The position numbers and the translations under genes were made by a program. Source: Oculina patagonica (taxonomy: Eukaryota). Taken from it: a stretch of 64,000 nucleotides of DNA. Location: positions 12,772,001 to 12,836,000 of the forward strand of contig NC_135758.1 in assembly GCF_052425735.1 (NCBI RefSeq), given 5' to 3'. Of the stretch, positions 52,975 to 64,000 are shown one piece after another (within the stretch, counting starts at the first letter, position 1; every line of letters begins with the position of its first letter). The notes beneath the pieces were generated by a model, which did no database searches, was not told where the DNA came from, and saw nothing but the letters and a program-made list of their open reading frames with translations.

Positions 52975-53914
52975 GGAGGGTAAAATCTTTTCTAATACCG
53001 TCGCACTCGTTCTTTCAAAGCTTTCCTATCATTAAACTTCAGCCTTGTTTTGCAACTGTACGAACGACGCACCACTCTTAACAATAGCTCTACTTCATCA
53101 TCTGTCCAACTAACGCTTTCTGTGGCATCTTGATCCGTGTTGGACCTCGTTTTGGACGATATTTTGTTTATTTTGACCAGGAGAAGAAAGTCGGCAATTT
53201 TCTTTGACGGCAAAGTGGTGCCTGAAAACGGTGCAAGTATGTATTAATCAAGCTTTTGGTAAGAAAGACATCACCCAACTGCATGTGTGTGAAATGCGAC
53301 TAGTGGCGGTTTTTGTGTTTGATGTTTCACGCCGCTGAGATGTTTTCTGCATTTTCAGCCAGATTTCTCACCTGACGTCACTGATAATGTTTTGGCGGCG
53401 TGGAATAACAAGCGAAGCATTTGTCACGGTTGACATTTAAGAACCAAAAAAGGGTAAATCATTTCAGAATCACTGGTATTTTTAATTAGTATAATTCGCA
53501 AGGCTTACTTTTGCCAGACTGGTCACCATTATCACTGTTTGTTGTTTTGAAGTCCGGCAAACTTCAAACAAAATGTAAATATGAATTGTGTGTTTTGTGC
53601 ACGGTAAAGACCGAAACATGCGAATTAACAATGAACTTTGTCAAGCTATTCACCAATCCCTTAGCAGCCATTTGATAGCCACTACGCACACTTGGTTGCC
53701 CGGCACCGCTATGCCTCATTTTTTAGTCGTGTAACAAAGGAAGTTTCTTCCCTCCCCCCTGATGTTTACCGAGCAACAGATCGTTACAAAATCAAAGCCC
53801 CCATAGTTTCGATGTGTGTAAACGGTTGAGAATCCAAATATCCTTTTAATCTTCTAATATTCTTCTTCTAACATCTATGAATCCGATAAAATATCCCCTG
53901 CTGTAAACGTAGTC
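52975..53914 (-). mobile_element. Decayed PIF/Harbinger-like element with Myb/SANT-like remnant (SWTDDEVELLL), interrupted by hAT-like copy 2 (53178-53761)
   Basis: Homologous to 56970-57260; right TIR ...GTAAACGTAGTC|TTA. The nested element is flanked by a degenerate 8-bp TSD (ATTTTGAC/ATGTTTAC). Confidence 0.55.
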
Positions 53915-54668
53915 TTAAAGTCATTATTCCTTTTGTTTTGTTCATTATTCCTTTTCTCAGAACTAATCATTATTCATTATTCCTTTCTGGGAACTATTTC
54001 AAACAACTGCGAAATGGTTGATTTGTAAATAAGATCTTGCTTATTGCTGAAAATGGGAGCGGTACGATCTATATAGTCCAACATTTAGTAGTTTCAAATA
54101 AGTCTATAGCTATTTTGCAATCCACAAGAAAGTGTATTTGAGGATTTGATAAGAGATCATAAGGCGCTGTGCCTATGATGATATGATAACATCGAGTAAT
54201 AACTTGTAAAGCTTAGTGCAGGTTTTCATTAAGATGCCACAAATAAACCTTCGAATCAACATAGAAGATAATATGTTAATCTGAAATTCGCTGCTTTAAA
54301 AAGCGGCAAATTTCATTGCAAATTTAAAGCCCGAATTTTACTTCGTTGACCGAAAGAAACTTCGGACTTTTTGGTATCCAATTTGGCCCATAATGGTCAG
54401 AAACGAAACTTTGCGTTAAACGAGTGTAAACCAAATGCTTGTGAGCTTCACAGACGAACTCGATCTTTCCTCAAAATCGCCAGGGTTTTTAGTTCTAAAG
54501 CGATTGATTTTAAACTCATCGGTGAAAGTGAGAGCCATAAACACGAATTTTAACTTCCGGTTGCTCTTATGGCCAAAATACCCCTTTCTTTGCAACGACT
54601 CCAAATCCTAATAGGAGCAATGCGTCTGAGTCGCTCTTAGATGCATCCTTTACACACACGTTTCACTT

Positions 54669-54816
54669 GCTTGCCTGATATTTCTAAACGCCAAAAGCCA
54701 AGAAAGCGAACCTTCAAACTTCTTTGCGTATTGATCACACCTGCCCGAATTGCATTAATTAAACACTGGACGCCGAGGAAGGTTGGGGTCAAGTCACGTG
54801 CCGATTTTTCACCAAT
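54669..54816 (-). promoter_or_regulatory. Putative promoter + non-coding first exon cassette B1 (GC-type donor)
   Basis: CCAAT 54812-54816; GTCACGTG 54793-54800; donor CAG|GCAAGC at 54674-54669. Confidence 0.5.
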
Positions 54817-56142
54817 GAAATTTGTCGTTGTTCCATGATCACGATTCCTGGAAATTCTTGAACAGGAGGTGTGACGTGTCACCAAGGACTTACTGTTACG
54901 TCTAAATATACTTCCTAGCATGATGCTTTTTTAAGCCCTCGGAAAACAGTTCTTCATTGTATTGTTTCAACTGCAGTATATTTGTCAACGGTTTTCGATG
55001 TTGGGGCAAATGTGTTTTGACAATCAGATTTGCCCAGATTTGGAATTTCATAGCTTGTGTAGCTGCAGAATTTCGTGCGAGTGCTTTGCTGCAGCAGCGG
55101 AGCGTCTAAGAAGGTACGGCCAAGCTGCGAGGAGAATGGGAATTTTTCCTTGCGGCGGAACAGAGAGAAGATATGTGTGTTCTAGTGGTATGTTTACACA
55201 CTTTCCAATTGCAACTTGCCATCTCATCCCTTAAATTTGTCTGTTTTCATTCGCTTCAAGACCTATTTCTTTGTTATCGGACACCCTACCGTTGTTTTGG
55301 AATAATAGTTATTTTTCCACAAAGATTGATGCGGAAACATTAAATCCTTTTCTCGGAAATATATATATTCACCATTCATTATTCATTTCTGGGAACTATT
55401 TCACACAAATGCGAAATGGCTGCCCCTGGGCTGATTTCAAAATAACATCTTGCTTACACTTGCTATAGTCCAACATTTATATTGAAGCCTGAAGCTTTTT
55501 TCCAATCAACAAGAAAGAGGATTTGAGGACCTGAAAAGGCGCTATGCCCTTCAAACTTAAAACTTACAAAAACCGAGTTAGACGAACACCACTTAGTGCA
55601 AGTTTTCGTCAAGACGCCTATAAAAAATAAACCTTCGGATCAACATAGAAGATAATATTGATCAGATTACATGTAATACCTTATAGCGGGAATTTAAAAC
55701 TTACTTGACCGAACGAAACTTGAGGCTTTTTGATAACCACAATGGTCAAAAACTGTGCGTTGAAACTGTTGTAAACCAAATACTTGTGAGCTTTCAAATA
55801 AAATCACCCTTTCCTCAAAATCGCCAGGGTTTTAAATTCTAAAGTGATTGCTTTGAAACTCATCGGTGAAAGTGACAGCGCTACCATAAACATGAATTCG
55901 GTTAACTTTCGGTTGCTTTTTTAGCCAAAAAAAACCTTTCTTTCCAACGGTTGCCTATACCTATACCAGCAATGTGTCTAAGTCGCTCTCAGCTGCATCC
56001 TTTACACATAGGATGCATCAAACCTATAAACGCCAAAAGCCAAGAAACCGATGCTTCGAACTTCTTTGAGTGTTGATCACACCTGCCGATCGCGTTTGAA
56101 AATAAGTACTGAAGGCCGTGCCTTCTATTAGGCAAAATACTT

Positions 56143-57260
56143 TGACTGCGTTTACACTAGGGTAAATTTTTCGGATTCGTAAAAAATCCGGGATGTTTTG
56201 TTACCGGATTCGTTTTGCCGTTTACACGTAGGTGGGCGAACCCGAAATGTCCCGGTTTAGTGGCGTCTCCGAAGATATTGAATCCGCAATCCAAAGATCA
56301 TACTTTGTATCCGAATATTGTTGAATCCGCAATGTTTTGTCGTGTAACGCTCTTGCAATGAATCCAAATATTTATACGCTTGCGATAGTGACTTTTCTCC
56401 ATCTTCTTGTCGATATGAATCTACGAAATCTTTTCTAATACCCTCTAAAGTACATTTAATGCACCTATCAATGTAATCCCGCGGGGGGAGGCGGGAAAGG
56501 CACGGGATGACAACAAGAAGATCCCCTCTGTCGGGCATTTGACTGCGAGTCGCGTCCCGGGGGTTGGGACAGACTTTGACCGGGAAGCGCCGGACCAATC
56601 TCAGACGCGATACCAAGTTCTTCCTCTCGTGGCTTGGAAATCATATGCTTCATGCAGACGATCTGATCATCGGCATTTATCTGCCACTTTTAACGCCAAG
56701 TCATAAAATAGCGAAAGAATATTTTACTTTCAAGTACATTTGGAGTAGGAATCCTAAGGGAAATCTAAGACGTCGGACTTTTCAATATGAATACCGAGGG
56801 ATGAAGAAAATCAGTAAAGGTATGTGGAAAGTATGTGTTTGAACTGCCCCTGGGTGGGTCTCTAGGTATGAACAAAAATTTTTCCCACCCTCGGAGACTC
56901 TTTTTACTTTTTTGTCAAATCCCCACCCCTGGCCCGCACCCCCCCGCGGGATTTACATTGATAGGTGCATAACGCTTTTCTCCTCCAATCCTTGGAAATC
57001 GTTTTTGAAGCTGTACGAATGCAACACTCTTAACAGTAGCTCCATTTTATTACCTATCCATCTAACGTTTTTTGTGGCATCTTGATTCCTTCTGGACCTT
57101 ATTTTGAGTGGTATTTTGTTCATGTTGACCGAGCAACGCCCGGATCGTTCCCTAATAAAGGGATGTGTGTTAACGGTTGAGAATCCGAATACCCTAAATT
57201 CGATAAATTCGGAAAAAATTATGAATCCGAAAAAAATATCCCCTGTTAAAAACATAGTCT
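56143..57260. mobile_element. PIF/Harbinger-like non-autonomous element with a nested MITE
   Basis: TIR GACTGCGTTTACACTAGGG..TTTTTCGGATTC / GAATCCGAAAAA..CCCCTGTTAAAAACATAGTC; TTT on both flanks; degenerate Myb-like remnant RWIGNKMELLL. Confidence 0.7.
56460..56969. mobile_element. MITE nested in the Harbinger-like element
   Basis: Perfect TIR TGCACCTATCAATGTAA / TTACATTGATAGGTGCA with TAA on both sides. Confidence 0.88.
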
Positions 57261-58073
57261 TTATTCGATATTCCTTTTCATTTTCAAACAGGGTATTCGT
57301 TATTTATCATTTCGTTTCTATTCACAAAGATTGATGCAGAAACTTAAAATTCTTTTCTCGGAACTATTTATTATTCATTATTCCTTTCTGGGAACTATTT
57401 CAAACAACTGCGAAATGGCTGCTTTGTAAATAAGATCTTGCTTATTGCTGATCCCGAGAGTGGTATGATCTATAGTCCAACATTTACTGTTTTCAATTAA
57501 GCCCATAGATTTTTTGCAATCCACAAGAAAGTGTATTTGAGGACTTGATAGGGCGCTGTGTCCTTCAAACATGAAAAATCCGAGTTAGACCAACATCACC
57601 TAGCGATACTTATAATTTGCTTTCAGTAAGGTTTAGTGGAGGTTTTCATCGAAAAAAATAAAAAATAAAATAAGATAAACCTTAGGATTAACATAGAGGA
57701 TAATATTGATCAGATTAATACCTTATAACGGGGATTTAAGCCAAAAACTAACTTCCTTGACCGAACGAAACTTGGGGCTTTTTGGTAACCAAAATGGTCA
57801 GAAACTGTTCGTGAAACTGATGTAAACCAAAAACTTGTGAGCTTTCTCACAGGCGAAATCGACCTTTCGTTAAAAACGCCAGGGTTTTTACATTCTAAAG
57901 CGATTGCGTTCAAACTCATTGGTGAAAGTGAAAGCGCTGTCATAAACACGAATTTTAACTTCCGGTTGCCTTTTTGGCCAAAAGACCCTTTCTTTGCAAC
58001 GGTTCCAAATCCTAATACGAGCAATGTGTCTGACTCGGTCCTAGATGCATCCTAAAACACATACGTTTTGCTT

Positions 58074-58221
58074 GCTTACCTGAAAACTATAAACGCCGAA
58101 AGCCAAGAAAGCGATCCTTCGAACTTCTTTGCGTGTTGTTTACAGCTGTGGGGATCGCATTAATCAAACACTGGACGTAGAGGAAGGTTGGGCACAAGTC
58201 ACGTGCCGATTTTTCACCAAT
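58074..58221 (-). promoter_or_regulatory. Putative promoter + non-coding first exon cassette B3
   Basis: CCAAT 58217-58221; GTCACGTG 58198-58205; donor CAG|GTAAGC at 58079-58074. Confidence 0.62.
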
Positions 58222-58285
58222 GAAAATCGTTGTTGTTCCATGATGATGATTCTTGGAAATTATTGAACAAGAAGTGTCACCAAGG

Positions 58286-58532
58286 AGGCCCTGCCAGGGG
58301 GAGGAGGGGGGGGGTTTCCTGTGTCGCTTGTCTTAATTTGTGCCGTGTCGTGCCGTGTCGCTGTTGTATCAAACTTCGCGTCGCTGTCCGTAGTAAAATT
58401 GAAGGAAAATTGCTTGTCCTTGTCGGAATTTAAATTTTTCCAAAAGAGTTATCGTTTGACGCGATTTTATTTTATGTGCTGTCGCTACTCTTTGGGCGAT
58501 GTCGCTTGTCGGAATTTACCCTGGCAGGGCCT
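58286..58532. mobile_element. hAT-like MITE with 8-bp TSD
   Basis: Perfect TIR AGGCCCTGCCAGGG / CCCTGGCAGGGCCT; TSD CACCAAGG/CACCAAAG; empty site visible in the paralogous unit at ~54880 (gtcaccaaggactt). Confidence 0.9.
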
Positions 58533-60029
58533 CACCAAAGACTTGCTGTGATGTCTAAATATACTTCGTTACTTGTTTTTTTTAAGCCCTCGGAAAACAG
58601 TTCTTTATTATATTGTTTCAACTGCAGTATATTTGTCAATGGTTTTCGATATTGCTATGGCAAATGTGTTTTGATAGGCAGGTTTGCCCAAATTTGGAAT
58701 TTCATAGCCTGTGTAGCTGCGGGATTTCGCAAGCGTGTGCTTTGTTCCAGCAGCGGAGCTTCCAATAAGGTAGCCAAGCTGCGTGGAGCATGAGAAAAAC
58801 TCAAGTTGGGAATTTTCCCTTGCGGCGGAACATAACGAATACATATTTGATCTTATGGTATTTTTACACACTTTCTGTCTGCGACTTGACAGTATTAGTG
58901 TATTTAACTTTCTGTTACTGCGTTAAGGTCGGGTCATACTAGGCGACAATTCGCAGCGACAGGTCTCTGCGACAAGTCGCTCGGTGTGTAGTGCTTCAAA
59001 ACAGGTCGCTGCGACAAGGCGGTTGTTCAGTGCACACACAGCGAATTTGGAAGTGGGAATGTGAACTTGTTTTCAAATTCAATATGGCGAAATTATAGGG
59101 GTGTAACGATACAAACAGCTGGCGACTCACCATTTATGTGGAAACTAAGCTGATGGGATGAACCTAGGAGGAAGTAGAACGAAAAACCCAAACTCGAGTT
59201 CGCTGGCGACAGGTTGTCAATGTCCCACCTGGAGCCCAAGTAAGTATAAAGTCGGTATTATAGAGTGTTGTTCCAGGGGGGGATGGCTAATGTAATCGCA
59301 GTTGACTAATGTAATCGAGAACAACATAAACTTTGTTTTGTCATATTATTTCCTTGTTTATCTGCAATGTTTATTTAATCAATGTCGAAACCACGTTATT
59401 TTTACAACTATGAAGTGGTTGCTGTGTGGTCTATCTTAAAAATAAAATAAAAACTTTTCCATTAATGTCTCGTCAACAAATAATTCAGCTATTAACAATT
59501 CCTTTTGCGTGTATTACCTATTAATAAAAATAAAAGTGGGGTAATGACTGGCTTTGTAAACTAGTTATGGAGGTGATTTAATCACTAATAACTGGCAAAA
59601 CATGACAATTTAGTCTTGTGTCGGGGTCAATTCAAGTTACTATTTTTACTGTACAGTACAGTTGGTTCCATGCCTAAGACATCACTAATCCACACACTGC
59701 ACGTTTCACTTATGCAGTGTAGTCATAAAGTGTACCAAAGGACCAGTTCAGACCAGTGACATATTACACGGGTCATACAATAAATTTGTACTACATTCTC
59801 TAACATAAAGTTAATATGCATCTGATTACCATCATTTTAAATTCTATTAGAATTTTGACTTGATATTTAGATTTAAACCTAATATTTATAAGCCACCAGG
59901 CAGCCAATTGCAAGGTTCCACTACAAACTCAGGTAGTTTGTCAACAGGAGCAGAGAAGAAATGGACCTGAAGAAAAAAGTGACATATTGGTATTACTAAT
60001 TAGTCTGATTGTGGAATGAAATTGAGCAG

Positions 60030-60270
60030 GCAAGTGGGTGAGTAAGGGAGTAGGTGGGTGGGTAAGTGAGGAGGGGTAGGTGAATGGGTGAATGAGAGGT
60101 AGGTGGGTGGGTGTGTTAGGGGGTTGGTGAGTGGTTGAGTGACGGGGGAGGTGAGTGGTTGATTGAGGGGGTAGGCGAATGGGTGAGTGAGGGGGTGGGT
60201 GGGTGGGTGGCTGAGTGAGGGGGTAGGTGAGTGGATGAGTGAGGGGGGAGGTAAGTGGGTGAGTGTATGA
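60030..60270 (+). repeat. G-rich low-complexity (GGGT/GAGT)n tract
   Basis: Degenerate tetranucleotide repeats; source of the spurious Pro/His/Thr-rich ORFs. Confidence 0.85.
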
Positions 60271-60919
60271 ATGTCTTTTTAGAAAGATGGGACAAAACAA
60301 AATGGGAATATATGGTACAAAAGGACTTAATAAAAGAACAAACAAACAAACAAACAGACGAAAGACTCTATATAACAAACTTGATTATTCAGAGAAATCA
60401 AACAGTCCCAGGGGTTAAACGATTTATTCCTCAAACATTCCTGCTCAAAGGATTCCCAAGTTGCATAATTTCAACAGAACCTATAAACATCACAGAAAAA
60501 ATTAACAAAACTACAATTGACCAGTGGCATCATAGCTCAGTGATACAGCATTTGCCCCACGATCACAAGGGACATGGGTTCAAATTTCCAACCCTGAAAG
60601 CCGACTTTTTTCCAGCAATGATCTCGTTTTACATTTATTCTGTAAGGGAAAGTGTCACAAGAAGTCTCCTAAGTTTTTGTGTAAACTTTGACTGAATTAT
60701 GAGGGTGCACTCAGTGATCAAAAAATAACCTCTGAACCAACCATGGTGACACTGTCCCTGTAACACCGTAGTTGAAAGAAATGATCCATTTCAAATCTTC
60801 ATCAATTTATAGTTACCGGTATATCAACATTGCTGCACAAACCAGCCCATTGTCATTTATCAGATACATAAAATATACTTACATAAAATTTAGTCGCTCT
60901 TTTAAATTCCACAAAGTTG

Positions 60920-62062
60920 CTATGTAGATGAAAGAGTCATAAGGTATTCCAGAGCCTTTTCCCCATCATTATTAGCAGCCTGAAGACAATCCATTATATT
61001 GTTCTCCTTGAAGCCATATTCCTTAAATTTTTTCACCAGTTCAAGGAATTCTACTGCCTGCAAACATAAGGCATAATTAAGTGGGTAAATCATCAAGTCC
61101 TACTTACAGCATGTATAAGCATTTTATTTACAAGTCCTACAAAGTGGGCACACAGAGAGATAACGACTTGCACATTCAACTCTCCATCAAGTGCAGGTCC
61201 AGACTGGAGCCTTAGCTGGTGTCAGTGTGTTGTGTTCTAAAGCAAATCATTTCAATCTCATAGTGCCTCTCTCCACTTAGGTACTGGAAAAGTAAACGCT
61301 AAGGGCTACCCTGCAATAGCTAGACCAGCCGCAGACCCTGACCAGGGCATGAACCCAGGCCACTTGATCCAGAGTCCAGTCCAACCATTAGGCAACTGCA
61401 CTGCCCACAACGTTAAAGCCTGTGAATAGCATGTGACCATTGAAATAAAAGCCAGTGAGCAGAACGTTGGTGTTTGTTTTTTCATGCAGTCTGTCTACAA
61501 CATACCAGCACATCATCCTGATTGATTGAAAGTAATTGTTTACTTCTCCAAGAACAAATATATACAAGACTAGTTCACGTTAGGGAGGCGCGGTGGCTTA
61601 ATGGTTAGCGCACTCGGCTCTGAGTCGAACGGCCTGGGTTTGAGACCTGGCTGGGGCACTGCATTGTGTTCTTGGGCAAGACACTTTACTCTCACAGTGC
61701 CTCTCTCCACCCAGGTTATAAATGGGTACTGGCGAATTTACTGCTGGGGATTTATAACCCTGTGATGGACTAGCATCCCATCCAGGGGGAGTGGCAATAC
61801 TTCTAGTTGCTTAATGCTATGGAAACCGGGATAAGCTCCGGCTGTATGGGCCACTTAGGCTCGGACACAGACTTTACCTTACCTAGTTCACGTTAAATGA
61901 AATCAACTCAATACAGCTGGTCCAGGTTAATTAATAGGGTCTGTTTATAACAAAATATACCTTAGCTTTCTCTGTGTCAGTGTAAACAAGGGCAACTTCT
62001 ACAGTGTCTGCTGGATAGTTCATTTCACTTAACTCCTGTGTAGCAAGTAGGAATTCCATAAC
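60920..62062 (-). CDS. UBAP1: Last two coding exons (62062-61961, 61057-60920) of a UBAP1-like (ESCRT-I, SOUBA/UBA domain) gene; upstream exons lie beyond the window
   Basis: AG/GT-bounded phase-0 exons encode VMEFLLATQELSEMNYPADTVEVALVYTDTEKAK|AVEFLELVKKFKEYGFKENNIMDCLQAANNDGEKALEYLMTLSST*. This matches the UBAP1 C-terminal pattern EFLxLxxKFKExGF...NNDxxxALExLM as I recall it. Not in the supplied ORF track. Confidence 0.82.
61583..61882 (+). mobile_element. Full-length tRNA-derived SINE (Deu/Nin-domain-like) with a 13-bp TSD; older degenerate copy at ~61165-61325
   Basis: A/B-box head GGTGGCTTAATGG...GGTTTGAGACC; core TTGTGTTCTTGGGCAAGACACTTTACTCTCACAGTGCCTCTCTCCACCCAGGT; TTACC tail; TSD CTAGTTCACGTTA at 61570-61582 and 61883-61895. 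Confidence 0.92.
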
Positions 62063-62423
62063 CTGTAAAGATTGGTAAGGAGTATAAATTCACTTAGAGC
62101 CATGATTCAACAGGAATGTATTACATGTAACAAGGCAGTTATGTACTTCACACAGTTAAACTGGGCATTGAAGTTAAAAAGGTAAAGCAGTAATATGAAT
62201 ACAAGACACAAACATCTAAAGTGTGTTATTCACAGCCAGTTAAAAAGTGGCAAGAAAGAATGACACTTCGAATTTAACACTGTCAAAACTGCTCCAAATT
62301 TCGCATGCAATTTTGTTTACGCGTGCTTAACATTGTCCTGATTGGTGTCTTTCTTGCTCACCACCTTTCAGTTGTGTTAGCATAATATCTTGATTGGCTT
62401 TGATTTGGTCTTGGATACCTTGC

Positions 62424-62459
<36 letters not shown>

Positions 62460-63054
62460 ATTAAATACTTGCCCTGCTGTTTCACATAATATTTATACAC
62501 ATAGGCAAATGCTAAACATGAAAAATTAATATTATGAAATCTCATTTTTCAATACTAAAAGAGCATTTATATAATACTTGAAACAATTTCAAAAGACCAA
62601 TGAATTAATAAGCAAACCTGCATAATCTTAGTTAGAGTGATTTCATTTAACCCGTGAAACAATTTTTAACAGTTAGTGTACAATAGTAAAGAACCCCAAA
62701 AAACAATGGAGTCGGTGCCTAATAGTGTCTATAAAAGTGTAAAAACTATTTCACAGGTTTAGAAAACTCACTTTATTTAAAATCTCAAATGAGGAAAAAT
62801 ACAAAGGAAAAGCCTGCTTATGCTATAATCTCTTGAAAGATGTAAACATTATTTTAAGACAAATTACACCTGTACCTTTGAAATCGGTCAGAGACAAGTC
62901 ACAGTTGCAGTGTTATAAATCAAACAACCATGTATTCTATGGGCAGTTTTTCACATGGGGCCTGGTATAATTCATGTTCTTACCAACTGCCATGTGTTTA
63001 TGACATAGCACCATCTTCCCCAATATTGTAGCTAAAGAGCAGGGCCCAGTTGGT

Positions 63055-63440
63055 TAAGGAAAACCTCTACAACTTTTGACATGTTGACGTTCAATTGTTT
63101 GAAAGAATGCCTAAATTCGAAATTTTAAAGGACAAGGGAAAAAATTAATAAAATTAAATAATAGCAACAAAATGTGGAAAAGATAATGGCCTTTAACTTT
63201 GCGGCACACAGCCAATTTAGATTTCATGATGCATAATGGTTGCCCCTATTGATTGGAAGCAACCATTACACGTCATAAAATCCAAAAAGGCAGTGTGCGA
63301 CAAATTTAAAAAGCCACAATTCTTTTCCATTTTTTGTTACTATTAAATGTTATTTCTCCCTTGTCCTCTAAAATTTGAAAATAAAAGCATTATTTCAAAC
63401 AATTCGATGTCACCTTGTCATAAGAGTAGAGGTTCCCTTT
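63055..63440. mobile_element. Old palindromic MITE
   Basis: AAGGAAAACCTCTAC...AATTGTTTGAAA vs TTTCAAACAATT...GTAGAGGTTCCCTT; arms are ~180 bp and imperfectly complementary. Confidence 0.65.
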
Positions 63441-64000
63441 GAAGTGTGACCAGGCTAATAGAGGATTAGAAGATAATCACGGTTGTGAATTCTCTTAAGT
63501 AAAAGCACTCCTGAGTGCTCACGTTCTGTGGTGTTTGTCATAGTGATGCATCAAGAGAACAATGGCACCTAATACTATTACAAAGGGGTGGGAAGGTGCT
63601 GATGTGATGTCACATTCATTGTTGTTGTTTAAAATAGTTTCTATTCATTTCAAGACAGGGAGTGTAGGAGGAAGAATCGATTACCAGCAGTGAGCACATT
63701 TTTGTAATTTTTTCCCAAAATTTTATTTTCCCTCAATTACATGTACTTTAAAGTTCAAAGCGCATTTCTTGTAATCTTTATAACATTTATATAATGCTAT
63801 AATTACTACAAACACAAAAGATAATAGTACAATTAGTTTATCTTCGCTATAACCAGATGATAATCTACCATTAATAAACAATGTCAATTCATCTGGGTTG
63901 ACGCCATGCATGTTCGTCAATAGCAAAACAAATATGAATTACTTTCTAGTTCTTCCAATTTACCTAACAAAATATACATGCATGTATATCTTGTAAAGTT

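Larger units (their letters stand above)
53930..58890. repeat. Diverged triplication of a ~1.3-1.5 kb unit (~53930-55230, ~55300-56110, ~57310-58890), homologous in part to the cassette regions upstream of paralog A
   Basis: Shared anchors such as TTTCTGGGAACTATTTCA (~53985, 55390, 57385), AACATAGAAGATAATA, GGTGAAAGTGA and AAAGCCAAGAAA. Confidence 0.85.

Noticed and set aside
35384-58890. Repeat arrays as CRISPR or other prokaryotic repeat-spacer systems
   Set aside because: Units are hundreds to thousands of bp with no short repeat-unique spacer pattern, there are no cas genes, and the context is eukaryotic.
59941-60378. 145-aa Pro/His/Thr-rich ORF
   Set aside because: It is the product of the (GGGT/GAGT)n low-complexity tract.

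Overview
AT-rich, intron-containing animal genomic DNA. It is most consistent with an anthozoan cnidarian or stony coral, inferred from the SINE/MITE types and gene content. Left to right: (1) an intronless, divergent Lbx/NK-like homeobox gene (5179-5703 +) in a ~99%-identical 5.6-kb tandem duplication, with the 3' end of the previous copy at 1-96; (2) two head-to-tail six-exon nicotinic acetylcholine receptor alpha-type subunit genes on the minus strand (8347-14729 and 18487-25967); (3) two paralogous single-coding-exon genes (32701-34854 and 49153-51225, minus) encoding an unusual vWA(MIDAS) + papain-like C1 cysteine peptidase + CxxC...CxxC zinc-ribbon protein with no signal peptide or I29 pro-domain; (4) the last two exons of a UBAP1-like gene (60920-62062, minus), with a decayed copy at ~46.1 kb showing that the vWA-peptidase locus arose by an old segmental duplication. 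The most striking non-coding observation is that each vWA-peptidase ORF has a splice acceptor 5 nt before its ATG and is preceded by an array of repeated cassettes (4 for gene A; 3 for gene B, one broken). Each intact cassette carries CCAAT-N11-CACGTGAC followed ~95-125 nt later by a CAG|GTAAGC donor, which looks like an array of alternative promoters with non-coding first exons, built by nested tandem duplications including a near-perfect 5215-bp one. Many MITEs (Tc1/mariner-, PIF/Harbinger-, hAT-, Kolobok-like) and tRNA-derived SINEs are present. All calls were made by eye with no database searches.
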